A stretch of DNA of 62,293 bases, the filler included, from Nemertoderma westbladi (taxonomy: Eukaryota > Animalia > Xenacoelomorpha): NCBI GenBank assembly GCA_032718475.1. It is 3 parts of 3 records of this genome, joined end to end, with 100 filler letters (N's around TTAATTAATTAA, not from the genome) between each part and the next. Parts side by side here need not be neighbours in the genome. Positions count along the whole stretch, not along the records: positions 1 to 31,863 come from JAUCBJ010000781.1; 2 more parts are not named here. The stretch is one strand, 5' to 3'. The notes under the pieces were generated by a model that saw only the letters and a program-made list of their open reading frames with translations, did no database searches and was not told the DNA's origin. The position numbers were made by a program, and so were the translations under genes. Shown in pieces: positions 13,411 through 26,555 of the stretch; the first letter of the stretch is position 1; every line of letters begins with the position of its first letter.

Positions 13411-16271
13411 ATGGCGGGGAGACTAGTTAAGAAGAGAAAGACGGAGAGGAGTGGAAGGGAGATACTAGTGGACTTCACGCAAAGGCATCCGGAGGAGAAG
13501 ATGAGGGGATACTACAAGCCGCTACCAAAGGGTCACAAAGCGCGAGTGCTGCCAGACCACTTTAGGGAGATGCACGAGAAACGACTGGTCGGGACCTACG
13601 GGACGTCGTCGCTGGACAACGCGATCCTTGAGCATTTTCACTACGTAGTGAAGGGAGATGAAGCGAAGTTCGGGATACCGAAGAATCCGAGGGAACCACC
13701 GAGAAAGGAATGGAGGAGGTTTGTAGAGTCTGTGAGTAGGGGCGGATACATGGTCCTAGGCAATGAAGGGACTGTGGAGGACGACGAGGGTTCGAGAAGA
13801 GGGTCGGCGGGATCGGCTAGAACCATACTACTACATTTGGCTGCACCAAATGGAGATATCTTTCTATTCGATCTGGGGACCTACAGGAAGAAGAGCGGGC
13901 CGAAGTTAAACCGGTTGCCGAGGGCGGTGCAGGACCTAGTGAGTGAGAAGACTATGGTGAAGGTGGGATCGGCGATCCGCGATGATGCGGAGAGGATTGT
14001 CAGACCAGAGACCCCCAACCTCCTGGACATGCAAGCGGTCTATATGGCCATGACAGGGCCATACGGGTTGGGATTGGTAGAGAACACAGGACATTGCGGA
14101 GCAGTGGCAATGGGTCAGCTCATGGGGCTCGTCTGCCACAAGCCGATGGACTGGGGTAAGTTCCGGGAGGAGTATGGAGCGGAACTGGCGAACTCGCTGA
14201 AATGGGGAGCGAGGCCAGGGAAACAGGAGGTGTATCAGTTCCGAAGGGGAGCAATAAAGATATATCAGAATAGATATATCCTACAGGAGGATTGGATAAT
14301 GATAGGTTTACTAAACCTATTCATGGCCGTGGTTATCGGAAGAGAGCCAACGGCATTTCTGCTATCAGGAGCACCTCTAAACTACAGAAGAGCCTTTAAG
14401 GTGGCCTTCGAAGGTCTGGTAGACCACTCGGGGCTGAAGGGCGAGTCGGTGTACTACGATAGCCGGCACCTAGTAGACAGAGAGGTGGACACACCATACA
14501 AGAGGTGGGAGAAGCTGGAAGCGGATAGAGTCGAGGAGAAGCGGCTGGAAGAAATCGCCAGGCGAGAAAGGAGGGAAGCAGACGAGAGAGAGGCGGACAT
14601 AAGGGGAGAGGACTACGGGTTCGAAGCCCAGGACTTGGACGAGCTAAGGTGGGGATCAGGAAGCTCGGCCGAGTTTCTGGGGGAGGAACTGGGATGGATG
14701 GAAGGATCGCCGAAACAGTCGACATCAGGATTGCAAGTGATTCCCATACCAGGGGGCTCTGAGGGCAATTTCGCAAGGAAGAGACCAAGGGAGCAGGAAG
14801 GGTGGAAAGTTACAGGTGGAAACCAAGGCGGAAAGTGGCACAGTGGATCTACCGGGATACCGGGTCTGGATCCACTCCCTGTGAGGGAGGAAGATGACGA
14901 CGAGTTTGGGGAGATGCCGCCCATCGAGAGGATTGACCACTCAGATACGGACTGGGTGGGCGGGAGAGTGGTGACGGCCAGCGGGGCGAGGGCGTTCTGG
15001 GATAAACCCGGCAAGCGAGCCTGGGTGCATGAGGAGCTGGCGATGGATTTCGCGTGGAGCACCATCAGGTTGGGCAAGCAGCCGGGAACGGCACTACGGG
15101 TAGTGTTTGGGGAGACGATGCCGAGGCGGGAGGAGGACGTGGATATGGGTAGAGACATCAATGTCCAGAAGTTTGCATATCAACGGCTCCACAGACCTAG
15201 GAGACCGCTCAGGGCAAAGGACGACTTGGGGCGGGATGCGTTGATACACGGCTGTGATTACTGCGGGAGGCTAACTCACCAGGAAAAGAGCTGTTTGTAT
15301 CGATTTCAGAAGGGGACGAGTTGCCTCTACTGCCGCGAGTCGACCCATAGGATGGGAGCATGTACAACCGCTGCTCAAAGTGTAACTTCCGAGGGCACTA
15401 TGGGCGCCAGTGCGACTGGATGGATGATGAAGAGAAGTTTAAGATCTTCGAGGAGTGGGCCGACGTCGGCGTTATGACGCAGCAGAGGATGAAGGCCCAG
15501 GAGTTCCGGTGGGGTTTCTTCAACGGTATTACTATGGTATGTATAACCATTTTTCCAATATTTTTTGGAATGAATTTTATCAATAGTTACGTGTTTATCA
15601 CTATAACAACTATATTCCAGAACACTTTAGCTAGTTTTTGACTATTGTTTTGGTAGTGTTCTTTTGTTGCAATAGCTATGAGTAGAAACAATCCCCACAT
15701 ATTTGAAAGACATTCCAAAGACTTAAATATTGTAGAAATATCTGATAATTTAAAAACAGAGGAGTGTTCGATTAAGTATGCTCAATCTTGTGGTCTGTTA
15801 CCCATAAATAAATCTACCTGTAAACGAGATGATTGTGGTTACACTGCTAAAACTACTGGTGAATCGCCTGGCTGAGTTTCGGTGGAGACAACTGCACAGA
15901 GACTCCCCATTTACTGACCTCATTGCTTTAGTAAAGAAATCTTACCCGATACCCTAAAGTCAACACATATTGAAACTGAACATTGATTATTAAATGTATC
16001 GTAATTAGCTAGTGAATTAGTACACTAGTACATTACTATATACACAGATACGCAATGTGTGTATTGAAATTAATATATAAATGTAATTTACAAAATTTGA
16101 AAAAATGGTTATACATACCATAGTAATGCCTTCTTCAACATCAATCCGGAAGCCCATCAGGAGATTATCAAGAGGAGACTGTCATTCACATACCAGGAGG
16201 TAGTAGTCGCCGAGGTAAAGGAAGTCGGTCTAGAAGTCGTAGAGGAAAGGGGAAGAAAGGAAAGAAGATGA
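13411..16271 (+). pseudogene. Intronless DEDDy 3'-5' exonuclease-fold protein (EXD1/Egalitarian/Mut-7/WRN-exo like) with three C-terminal CCHC zinc knuckles; disrupted by a frameshift and a Merlin insertion
   Basis: VLGNEG (ExoI), LLHLAAPNGDIFLFDL, LPRAVQDLV..KVGSAIRDDAERI (ExoII), NLLDMQ, KW.ARP..Q.RYILQED (ExoIII). Knuckles CDYCGRLTHQEKSC, CLYCRESTHRMGAC and CSKCNFRGHYGRQC. The frame resumes after the Merlin TSD (INPEAHQEII...ERR*). Confidence 0.75.
15525..16130 (+). mobile_element. Internally deleted Merlin (IS1016/ISXO2-like) DNA transposon
   Basis: ~30-bp TIRs GG(T/C)ATTACTATGGTATGTATAACCATTTTT; 9-bp TSD TTCTTCAAC. Retains transposase N-terminus (EECSIKYAQSCGLLP..C....C) and C-terminus (LAEFRWRQLHRDSPFTDLIALVKKSYP). 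Confidence 0.88.
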
Positions 16272-16488
16272 AGGGAAGATCGAAAAGTTGGGGGAAGAAA
16301 AGAGTAGGGAAGTCTCGATCAAGATGCCTTGGAAGAAGAGCCGATGGGAAAAGTCTCGCCAGTCAGGGAAAACTTGATCCTTGCAGCAAGTTTATGAAGA
16401 AGTTGGTAAAGGAGGATAGGAAACTGAACTAATTAATCCTGTAAACTGATATTTTCCTGCCTCGCGGTCAACTATTTTATCGATAAAG

Positions 16489-16562
16489 CGTTACTAAGAA
16501 TATATTATTTAAGGAATTAAGATTTTAATCTTAATTCATTAAATAATATATTCTTAGTAACG
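16489..16562. repeat. Near-perfect AT-rich palindrome (36-bp arms, 1 mismatch, 2-nt loop)
   Basis: CGTTACTAAGAATATATTATTTAAGGAATTAAGATT-TT-AATCTTAATTCATTAAATAATATATTCTTAGTAACG. Confidence 0.9.
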
Positions 16563-16896
16563 GTCCTACTGTTATCTGTCAATTACTCTATCTTTCATGC
16601 AATGATTATAAATATAATCCTACATGCCCATAACTAAAGAAATAAATTTACTCAAGAAATTCCAGAAACATGTTGCATTTATATAACTGCTTGTAAGCCA
16701 ACATATTATTATAATGTTAACTTTACTTCACCGTAGAAGTAAGTTTCGAACGCCCATAACTATTTAGCACCAAATTTCAAACGTTTTGACCTATTTTGAA
16801 TTATTGTAATGTCTCTTTCAATTGGTCGGGTCCAGCAAATAACGGAAATGATCTCTAATAATTGTTTTGCGACGGTGCAATAGCGATAAAGATACT

Positions 16897-17930
16897 ACAC
16901 CATGTCCCAGAATATAGTGTCGTTCCGTGACACGCCCCCCCCCCCCCCCCTAATTTTTCTACAAATCGTAATAAGATTGCATGAAATTTGAAACAGAGAT
17001 AGTTTCCCCTCCCGGCCACTGACTGGGTGAGCCAGAATTTTTATTTTTGCTTTCAATCTTTAGCTACAAGCGTTTAAAAAAAGTGTCTCCAGCGATATTA
17101 CACCAGTTACACCGCAGTTATTCTTCTACCTTATAGCTGTTTGTTTGTAGTTTTGTTGGTACCAATGGAAAGCTGGCCCTGCAAGGATTTCAAATATGTA
17201 ACGCAATTTCAATTTCGCTGAAAAATAGCTGAGATATGGGCGTTTAAATGGTGCATGGTTATGCACCTGCGCGAGGCTATTTTATTCTATTTAATAAATG
17301 CATCATAATCTGGAATATTTTGTTTATCCAAATACGTAGCTGGGCAACAGTGCATTACATCTTTAATCATACTATTACTTAGCTATTCATACATTTAAAA
17401 AATGTTCCAGAATATGGTTTATTTATTAATAGAATAAAATAGCCTCGCGTCGTTGCAAAACCATGCAACATTTGAACGCTCATATCTCAGCTATTTTCCA
17501 ACGAAATTCAAATTGTGTTACATATTTGGAATCCCTGCATGACTAGCTTTCCATTGATACCAACAAACAGCTATAAGGTAGAAGAATAACTGCGGTGTAA
17601 CTGGTGTAATATTGCTGAGAGACACTTTTTTTAAAAGCTTGTAGCTAAAGATTGAAAGCAAAATAAAAAATTCTGGCTCACCCAGTTAGTGGTCGGAAGG
17701 TGAAACTATTTCTGTTTCAATTTTCATACAATCTCATTACGATTTGTAGAAAAATTAGGGGGGGGGGGGGGGGGGGGGGCGTACTGTAGTACCAAAAGTT
17801 TTAAAAAACCAAAATCTTGATGCACCTAGTTGAAAATCCGAAAATAGGAAAGCCGAACTATTTTGTTTCTGTCCGATTCGATATTAAAGATTTGTAGAAG
17901 AACAAGTGTCACTGAATCACGACACTATTA
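16897..17930. mobile_element. MITE/foldback element with ~400-bp inverted arms carrying poly-C/poly-G; right end interrupted
   Basis: 16935-17300 is the diverged reverse complement of 17420-17780. The terminal piece GTGTCACTGAATCACGACACTAT is displaced to ~17905. Confidence 0.8.
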
Positions 17931-17999
17931 TTAATTATGTAACTAAATATATATATAACTAAATTAATCTACAATTAAGATTTGACTTTCTCCCAACAA

Positions 18000-18095
18000 C
18001 TAGATGAGTTTCATTGGAAGCTTCTACACAAAGAAAACCCATTTTGTGCTCTGTTGGATTTGATCAGAAAATATTACCCGCTGTCTGCTAAATAA
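18000..18095 (+). pseudogene. Second Merlin transposase C-terminal remnant
   Basis: LDEFHWKLLHKENPFCALLDLIRKYYPLSAK* aligns by eye with the Merlin C-terminus at ~15870-15957. Confidence 0.65.
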
Positions 18096-18780
18096 TAAAT
18101 ATTATACAGTATACGTATTCTAAGCATATCAATAATTTCTGAATATAATTATAATGACCTCAATACAGTGAATTTTTATTAATTTTAATTAGCTATTAAA
18201 AAATACTAGCAACCCCCCCCCCCCCCCCCCCCACCCCAACCCATCTTGCCAGCTACGTTTTAAAATTATAGGAAACAAATACTAAATAAAATTAAAAAAA
18301 AAAATTTATATTTTTTTAACTGTTCTAGAACAAAAATTAATTGTTCTAGAACTTATTTTTCTAGTTCTGAATAGCTATCATGTTCTAGAACATTAACAAA
18401 AAATAAAAATAGTACATTAATTTTTTTAATTTGTTTTTTAAATTGTTCTAGAACGAAAATATTTTTTCTAGAACATATATATATATTTTTTTTTAATAGC
18501 TAACATGTTCTAGAACATGTTTATAAAAAGAAATAGCAAAAACTAGCTAGTAAAAAATATTTGAGGGGGAGTGTACCTTTAACACACTAGTGCCGTGTAC
18601 TTCATTATATTTCAGGTTATAGTGAATAAGTGAGGAAAAGAATCCCGTTAACAGAATTAACACGCCTTTAATTTTTACAGGTATAGAAAATCACCAACAT
18701 AAATTATTTTGCATGTTTCAGCCAATCAACCACCTTTAATATAATTGAATCAATGGGTAACAAATTCTAGAATTTATAAT

Positions 18781-19477
18781 TCATATGCCATCTCCCTTAA
18801 TACAACAACCATTTTTAGGGGGTCGGAGTCATCCCCCCCCCCCTAATATTTTTTGAAATTTCGATAATATGCTACGAAATTTGGTATGATGATAGTTCGA
18901 CAATTTTTCTTACTGTTCGCAGAGCCGGATTTTTTAATTTATGAGCTATTCGATAAACGATATACGTAAAATACGTATATTTGGCAATATTTAACCACCT
19001 CCGCCGGCTTTATTTTTCGTCTTTGGAATGTAAACAATTACAAAAATTAAAACAAAACATTAGAATTATAGCGATTTACGTCGCAATATTTACACCTTAC
19101 TGTAGTACAGGGTGTGTGTGTATTTTGATAATATTGTTGGCAATTTTTGGTGAAATTAAACCCGGTTCTGAATCTGCAGATGATGATGATATCTAGATTA
19201 CATTCCAAAGACGACAGATAAACCCAGCGGTGCGGAGGTCGCTAAATATTGCTAAAAATGCGTTTTTAAACGCCTTGTTGTATCGAAATAGCTCATAAAT
19301 TAAAATATCCGGCTCTGCCAGCAGTAAGAAAAATTGTCGAACTATCATCATACCAAATTTCGTAGCATATGATTGAAATTTGAAAAATAAGGGGGGGGGG
19401 GGGGTGGGGTCCACTAGGTCGGCACCCCCCTCCGATCGCCTAAAAATTGTTGATGTATTAAGGGAGATGGGAAATGA
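18781..19477. mobile_element. MITE with long imperfect TIRs
   Basis: CCATCTCCCTTAATAC...GCTACGAAATTTGGTATGATGATAGTTCGACAATTTTTCTTACTG is mirrored at ~19280-19470. Confidence 0.8.
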
Positions 19478-19555
19478 CAAACGGTGATAAAACTTGTCAT
19501 ACACAAAATATGTTCCTTATAAATAATAATCTCTTGGGGCGTTTTTATATTTCAG

Positions 19556-19694
19556 GCTTTTATATTGATTATTTGTGGACTCTTATGGTTTCAAATACCC
19601 TGGGAGGAAGAATCTCTCATGGACAGAGCAGGTGTCTTGTTCTTCTTTAACATGACTTGGTCAATGTTCCCAATGTTCTCAGCCCTGCTCTCTT
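19556..19694 (+). CDS. Internal coding exon of a host ABCG-family (white-like) transporter, ABC2 membrane domain
   Basis: Acceptor TTTTATATTTCAG| and donor |GTGAGT. The 139 nt encode AFILIICGLLWFQIPWEEESLMDRAGVLFFFNMTWSMFPMFSALLS(F), matching the ABCG pattern GLLW.Q....DR.G.LFF....F..FP.ER. Confidence 0.8.
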
Positions 19695-19954
19695 GTGAGT
19701 ATTTATGTTAGCTACATAGTGAAATGTGTGGATGTTGATATATTGACAAATTTAAAATCGATACTTAAGATAATATAATATGTAGTTAATGAATCTTCAG
19801 TTTGAGTTATATAACTATTAATATTAGTACAGTCAAGTACAGTACAGTTTTTGTCAGTTGTAGTATTACGACGCTGTGGCGGACACTAATGACCTTTACA
19901 TAAAGAGTGACCTTCAGGTTCTCTAAAAATGCTAGATTATACGAATACTTGTCA

Positions 19955-22900
19955 GACATCGCGGGACAACGACTTCTGGGGACTCCGACATTGGGGGACT
20001 CCGACATTGGGGGACTCCGACATTAGGGGACTCCGACATCGGGGGACTCCGACATTGGGGGACTCCGACATCGCGGGACTCCGACTTCTGGGGACTCAGA
20101 CATCGGGGGACTCCGACATTGGGGGACTCCGACATCGGGGGACTCCGACATTGGGGTACTCCGACATTGGGGGACTCCGACATCGGGGGACTCCGACATT
20201 GGGGGACTCCGACATCGAGGGACTCCGACATCGGGGGACTCCGACATTGGGGGACTCAGACATCGGGGGACTCCGACATTGGGGGACTCCGACATCGGGG
20301 GACTCCGACATTGGGGGACTCCGACATCGGGGGACTCCGACATCGGGGGACTCCGACATTGGGGAACTCCGACATCGCGAGACTCCGACATTGGGGGACT
20401 CCGACATCGGGGGACTCTGACATTGGGGGACTCCGATATCGGGGGACTCCGACATCCATCGGGGGACTTTGACCTCGGGGGACTCCGACATCAGGGGACT
20501 CCGACACTGGGGGACTCCGACATCGGGGTACTCCGACATCCATCGGGGGACTCAGCCATTGGGGAACTCCAACATCGGGGGACTCTGACATCCATCGTGG
20601 GACTCCTACATCAGGGGACTCCGACATTCATCGGGGGACTCCGACATCCATCGGGGGACTCTGACATCGGGGGGCTCCGACCTCGGGGGAGTCCGACATC
20701 CATCTGGGGACTCCGACATCGGGGGACTCCAACATCGGGGGACTCTGACATCCATCGGGGGACACCGACATCGGGGGACTCCGACATCGGCGGACTCCGA
20801 AATCGGGGACTCCGACATAGGGGGACTCCTCTGGGGACTCCGACATCCATCTGGGGACTCTGACATCGGGGGACTTCGACATCCATCGGGGGGCTCCGTC
20901 ATTGGGGGACTCAGGCATTCATCGGGTGAATCCGACATCCATCGGGGGACTCCGACATCCATCGGGGGACTCTGACATCGGGGGGCTCCGACCTCGGGGG
21001 ACTCCGACATCCATCTGGGGACTCCGACATCGGGGGACTCCAACATCGGGGGACTCTGACATCCATCGGGGGACACCGACATCGGGGGACTCCGACATCG
21101 GCGGACTCCGAAATCGGGGACTCTGACATAGGGGGACTCCTCTGGGGACTCCGACATCCATCTGGGGACTCTGACATCGGGGGACTTCGACATCCATCGG
21201 GGGGCTCCGTCATTGGGGGACTCAGGCATTCATCGGGTGAATCCGACATCCATCGGGGGACTCAGACATCGGGGGACTCCAACATTGGGGGACTCCGACC
21301 TCGGGGGGCTCCGACATCCATCGGTGGACTCCGAAATCGGGGACTCCGACATAGGGGGACTCCTACCTCGGGTTACTCCGACATCAGGGGATTCCGACCT
21401 CGGGGGACTCCGACATCGGGGGACACCGACATCCATCGAGGACTCCGACATCGGGGGACTCCGACCTCGGGGGACTCCGACATTGGGGACTCCGACATCG
21501 GGAGACTTTGACATCGTCGGACTCCGACATCGGGGGACTCCGAGCTCGGGGACTCCGACATCGGTTGACTCCGACATCGGGAGACTCCGACATCGGGAGA
21601 CTCCAACATCGGGGGACTCCGACATTGGGGGACTCCGGCATCGATCGGGAGAGTCCGACATCCATCTGGGGACTCCGACATCCATCGGGGGTCTCCTACA
21701 TCGGGGGACTCCGGCCTCGAGGGACTCCGACATCTCGAGACTTCGACATCCATCGGGGGGCTCTGGCATCGGGGGACTCTGACATCCATCGGGGGAATCC
21801 GACATCCATCGGGGGACTCCTACATCGGGTACTCCGGCCTCGAGGGACTCCGACATCGGGGGACTTCGACATCCATCGAGGGACTCAGACATCGGGGGAC
21901 TCTGACATCGGAGGACTCCGACCTCGGGGGACTCCGACATCCATCTGGGGACTCTGACATCGGGGGACTTCGACATCCATCGGAGGGCTCCGTCATCGGG
22001 GGACTCAGGCATTCATCGGGGGAATCCGACATCCATCGGGGGACTCAGACATCGGGGGACTCCAACATTGGGGGACTCCGGCCTCGGGGGACTCCGACAT
22101 CCATCGTGGGACTCCAACATCGGGGGACTCCGACATCCATCGTGGGACTCCGACCTCGGGGGACTCCGAAATCGGGGGACTCCGACATCCATCGGGGGAC
22201 TCCGACCTCGCGGGACTCCGACATCGGGGGACTCTGACATCCATTGGGGGACTCCAACATCGGGGGACTCCGATCTCGGGGTACTCTGACATCCATCTGG
22301 GGACTCCGACATCGGGGGACTCCGACCTCGGGGAACTCCGACATCCATCGGGGGACTCTGACATCCATCGGGGGACTCCGACATCCATTGGGGGACTCCG
22401 ACATCCGGGACTCCGATCTCGGGGGACTCCGACAGCGGGAGACTCCGACCTCGGGGGACTCAGACATTGGGGGACTCCGACATCGGGAGACTCTGACATC
22501 GGCGGACTCCGACATTGGGAGACTCTGACATCGGCGGACTGCGATATCGGGGGACTCCGACCTCGGGGACTCCGACATCGGTTGACTCCGACATCGGGAG
22601 ACTCCGACATCGGGAGACTCCAACATCGGGGGACTCCGACATTGGGGGACTCTGGCATCGATCGAGAGACTCCGACATCCATCGGGGGACTCCGACATCC
22701 ATCGGGGGACTCCGACATCCATCGGGGGACTCCTACATCGGGGGACTCCGGCCTCGAGGGACTCCGACATCGGGAGACTTCGACATCCATCAGGGGGCTC
22801 CAGCATTGGGGGACTCCAACATCCATCGGGGGAATCCAACATCCATCGGGGGACTCCTACATCTGGGGACTCCGACCTCGAGGGACTCCGACATCGGGGG

Positions 22901-25900
22901 ACTTCGACATCCATCGAGGGACTCAGACATCGGGGGACTTTGACATCGGAGGACTCCGACCTCGGGGGACTAAGACATCCATCTGGGGACTCTGACATCG
23001 GGGGACTTCGACATCCATCGGGGGGCTCCGTCATTGGGGGACTCAGGCATTCATCGGGGGAATCCGACATCCATCGGGGGACTGAGACATCGGGGGACTC
23101 CAACATTGGGGGACTCCGACCTCGGGGGACTCTGACATCCATCGTGGGACTCCGACAGCGGGGGTCTCCGACATCGGCGGACTCCGAAATCGGGGACTCC
23201 GACATAGTGGGACTCCTACCTCGGGTTACTCCGACATCAGGGGATTCCGACATCGGGGGACTCCGACATCGGTGGACACCGACATCCATCGAGGACTCCG
23301 ACATGGGGGGACTCCGACCTCGGGGGACTCCGACATTGGGGACTCCGACATCGGGAGACTTTGACATCGGCGGACTCCGACATCGGGGGACTCCGAGCTC
23401 GGGGACTCCGACATCGGTTGACTCCGACATCGGGAAACTCCGACATCGGGAGACTCCAACATCGGGGGACTCCAACATTGGGGGACTCCGGCATCGATCG
23501 GGAGACTCCGACATCCATCGGGGGACTCCGACATCCATCGGGGGACTCCTACATCGGGGGACTCCGGCCTCGAGGGACTCCGACATCTCGAGACTTCGAC
23601 ATCCATCGGGGGGCTCCGGCATCGGGGGACTCCGACATACATCGGGAGAATCCGACATCCATCGGGGGACTCCTACATCGGGGGACTCCGGCCTCGAGGG
23701 ACTCCGACATCTCGAGACTTCGACATCCATCGGGGGGCTCCGGCATCGGGGGACTCCGACATACATCGGGAGAATCCGACATCCATCGGGGGACTCCTAC
23801 ATCGGGGGACTCCGGCCTCGAGGGACTCCGACATCGGGGGACTTCGACATCCATCGAGGGACTCAGACATCGGGGGACTCTGACATCGGAGGACTCCGAC
23901 CTCGGGGGACTCCGACATCCATCTGGGGACTCTGACATCGGGGGACTTCGACATCCATCAGGGGGCTCTGTCATCGGGGGACTCAGGCATTCATCGGGGG
24001 AATCCGACATCCATCGGGGGACTCAGACATCGGGGGACTCCAACATTGGGGGACTCCGACCTCGGGGGACTCCGACATCCATCGTGTGACTCCGACATCG
24101 GGGGACTCCGACATCCATCGTGGGACTCCGACCTCAGGGGACTCCGAAATCGGGGGACTCCGACATCCATCGGGGGACTCCGACATCCATCGGGGGACTC
24201 CGACATCCATCGGGGGACTCCTACATCGGGGGACTCCGGCCTCGAGGGACTCCGACATCGGGAGACTTCGACATCCATCAGGGGGCTCCAGCATCGGGGG
24301 ACTCCAACATCCATCGGGGGAATCCAACATCCATCGGGGGACTCCTACATCTGGGGACTCCGACCTCGAGGGACTCCGACATCGGGGGACTTCGATATCC
24401 ATCGAGGGACTCAGACATCGGGGGACTTTGACATCGGAGGACTCCGACCTCGGGGGACTAAGACATCCATCTGGGGACTCTGACATCGGGGGACTTCGAC
24501 ATCCATCGGGGGGCTCCGTCATTGGGGGACTCAGGCATTCATCGGGGGAATCCGACATCCATCGGGGGACTGAGACATCGGGGGACTCCAACATTGGGGG
24601 ACTCCGACCTCGGGGGACTCTGACATCCATCGTGGGACTCCGACAGCGGGGGTCTCCGACATCGGCGGACTCCGAAATCGGGGACTCCGACATAGTGGGA
24701 CTCCTACCTCGGGTTACTCCGACATCAGGGGATTCCGACATCGGGGGACTCCGACATCGGTGGACACCGACATCCATCGAGGACTCCGACATGGGGGGAC
24801 TCCGACCTCGGGGGACTCCGACATTGGGGACTCCGACATCGGGAGACTTTGACATCGGCGGACTCCGACATCGGGGGACTCCGAGCTCGGGGACTCCGAC
24901 ATCGGTTGACTCCGACATCGGGAAACTCCGACATCGGGAGACTCCAACATCGGGGGACTCCAACATTGGGGGACTCCGGCATCGATCGGGAGACTCCGAC
25001 ATCCATCGGGGGACTCCGACATCCATCGGGGGACTCCTACATCGGGGGACTCCGGCCTCGAGGGACTCCGACATCTCGAGACTTCGACATCCATCGGGGG
25101 GCTCCGGCATCGGGGGACTCCGACATACATCGGGAGAATCCGACATCCATCGGGGGACTCCTACATCGGGGGACTCCGGCCTCGAGGGACTCCGACATCT
25201 CGAGACTTCGACATCCATCGGGGGGCTCCGGCATCGGGGGACTCCGACATACATCGGGAGAATCCGACATCCATCGGGGGACTCCTACATCGGGGGACTC
25301 CGGCCTCGAGGGACTCCGACATCGGGGGACTTCGACATCCATCGAGGGACTCAGACATCGGGGGACTCTGACATCGGAGGACTCCGACCTCGGGGGACTC
25401 CGACATCCATCTGGGGACTCTGACATCGGGGGACTTCGACATCCATCAGGGGGCTCTGTCATCGGGGGACTCAGGCATTCATCGGGGGAATCCGACATCC
25501 ATCGGGGGACTCAGACATCGGGGGACTCCAACATTGGGGGACTCCGACCTCGGGGGACTCCGACATCCATCGTGTGACTCCGACATCGGGGGACTCCGAC
25601 ATCCATCGTGGGACTCCGACCTCAGGGGACTCCGAAATCGGGGGACTCCGACATCCATCGGGGGACTCCGACATCGGGGGACTCTGACATCCATTGGGGG
25701 ACTCCAACATCGGGGGACTCCGATCTCGGGGGACTCTGACATCCATCTGGGGACTCCGACATCGGGGGACTCCGACCTCGGGGAACTCCGACATCCATCG
25801 GGGGACTCCGACATCCTTCGGGGGACTCCGACATCCATTGGGGGACTCCGACATCCGGGACTCCGATCTCTGGGGACTCCGACAGCGGGAGACTCCGACC

Positions 25901-26555
25901 TTGGGGGACTCAGACATCGGGGGACTCCGACATCGGGGGACTCCGACATCGGGGGACTCCGACATCCATCGGGGGACTCCGACCTCGGGGGACTTCGAAA
26001 TCGGAGGACTCCGATATCTATCGGGGGACTCCGACATCTATCGGGGGACTCCGACATCTATCGGGGGACTCCGACATCCATCGGGGGACTCTGACATCCG
26101 CGACTCCGATCTCGGGGGACTCCGACAGCGAGAGACTCCGACGTAGGGGGACTCCGACCTCGGGGGACTCAGACATCGGGGGACTCCGACATCGGTGGAC
26201 TCCGACATCCATCGGGGGACTCCGACATCCATCGGGAGACTCCGACATCCATCGGGAGACTCCAACATCCATCGGGAGACTCCGACATCCATCGGGAGAC
26301 TCCGACATCCATCGGGGAACTCCGACATCCATCGGGGGACTCCGACATCAGGAGACTCCGACATCGGGGGACTCCTACATCGGGGGACTCCGACATTGGG
26401 GGACTCCGACATCCATCGGGAGACTCCGACATCCATCGGGGGACTCCGACATCCATCAGGAGACTCCGACATCTGAGGACTCCGACTTCGGGGGACTCCT
26501 ACTCCGACTTCAGGGGACTCCGATTCCGCCTTTGGGGGACTCCGACTCCGGCTCC
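19955..26555. repeat. GC-rich satellite, core 16-bp unit GGGGGACTCCGACATC plus 20-bp CATC-extended variants, with 311-bp and 1488-bp higher-order duplications
   Basis: Read directly. Identical translated blocks are offset by 311 (20902/21213) and 1488 (23226/24714). Confidence 0.97.
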
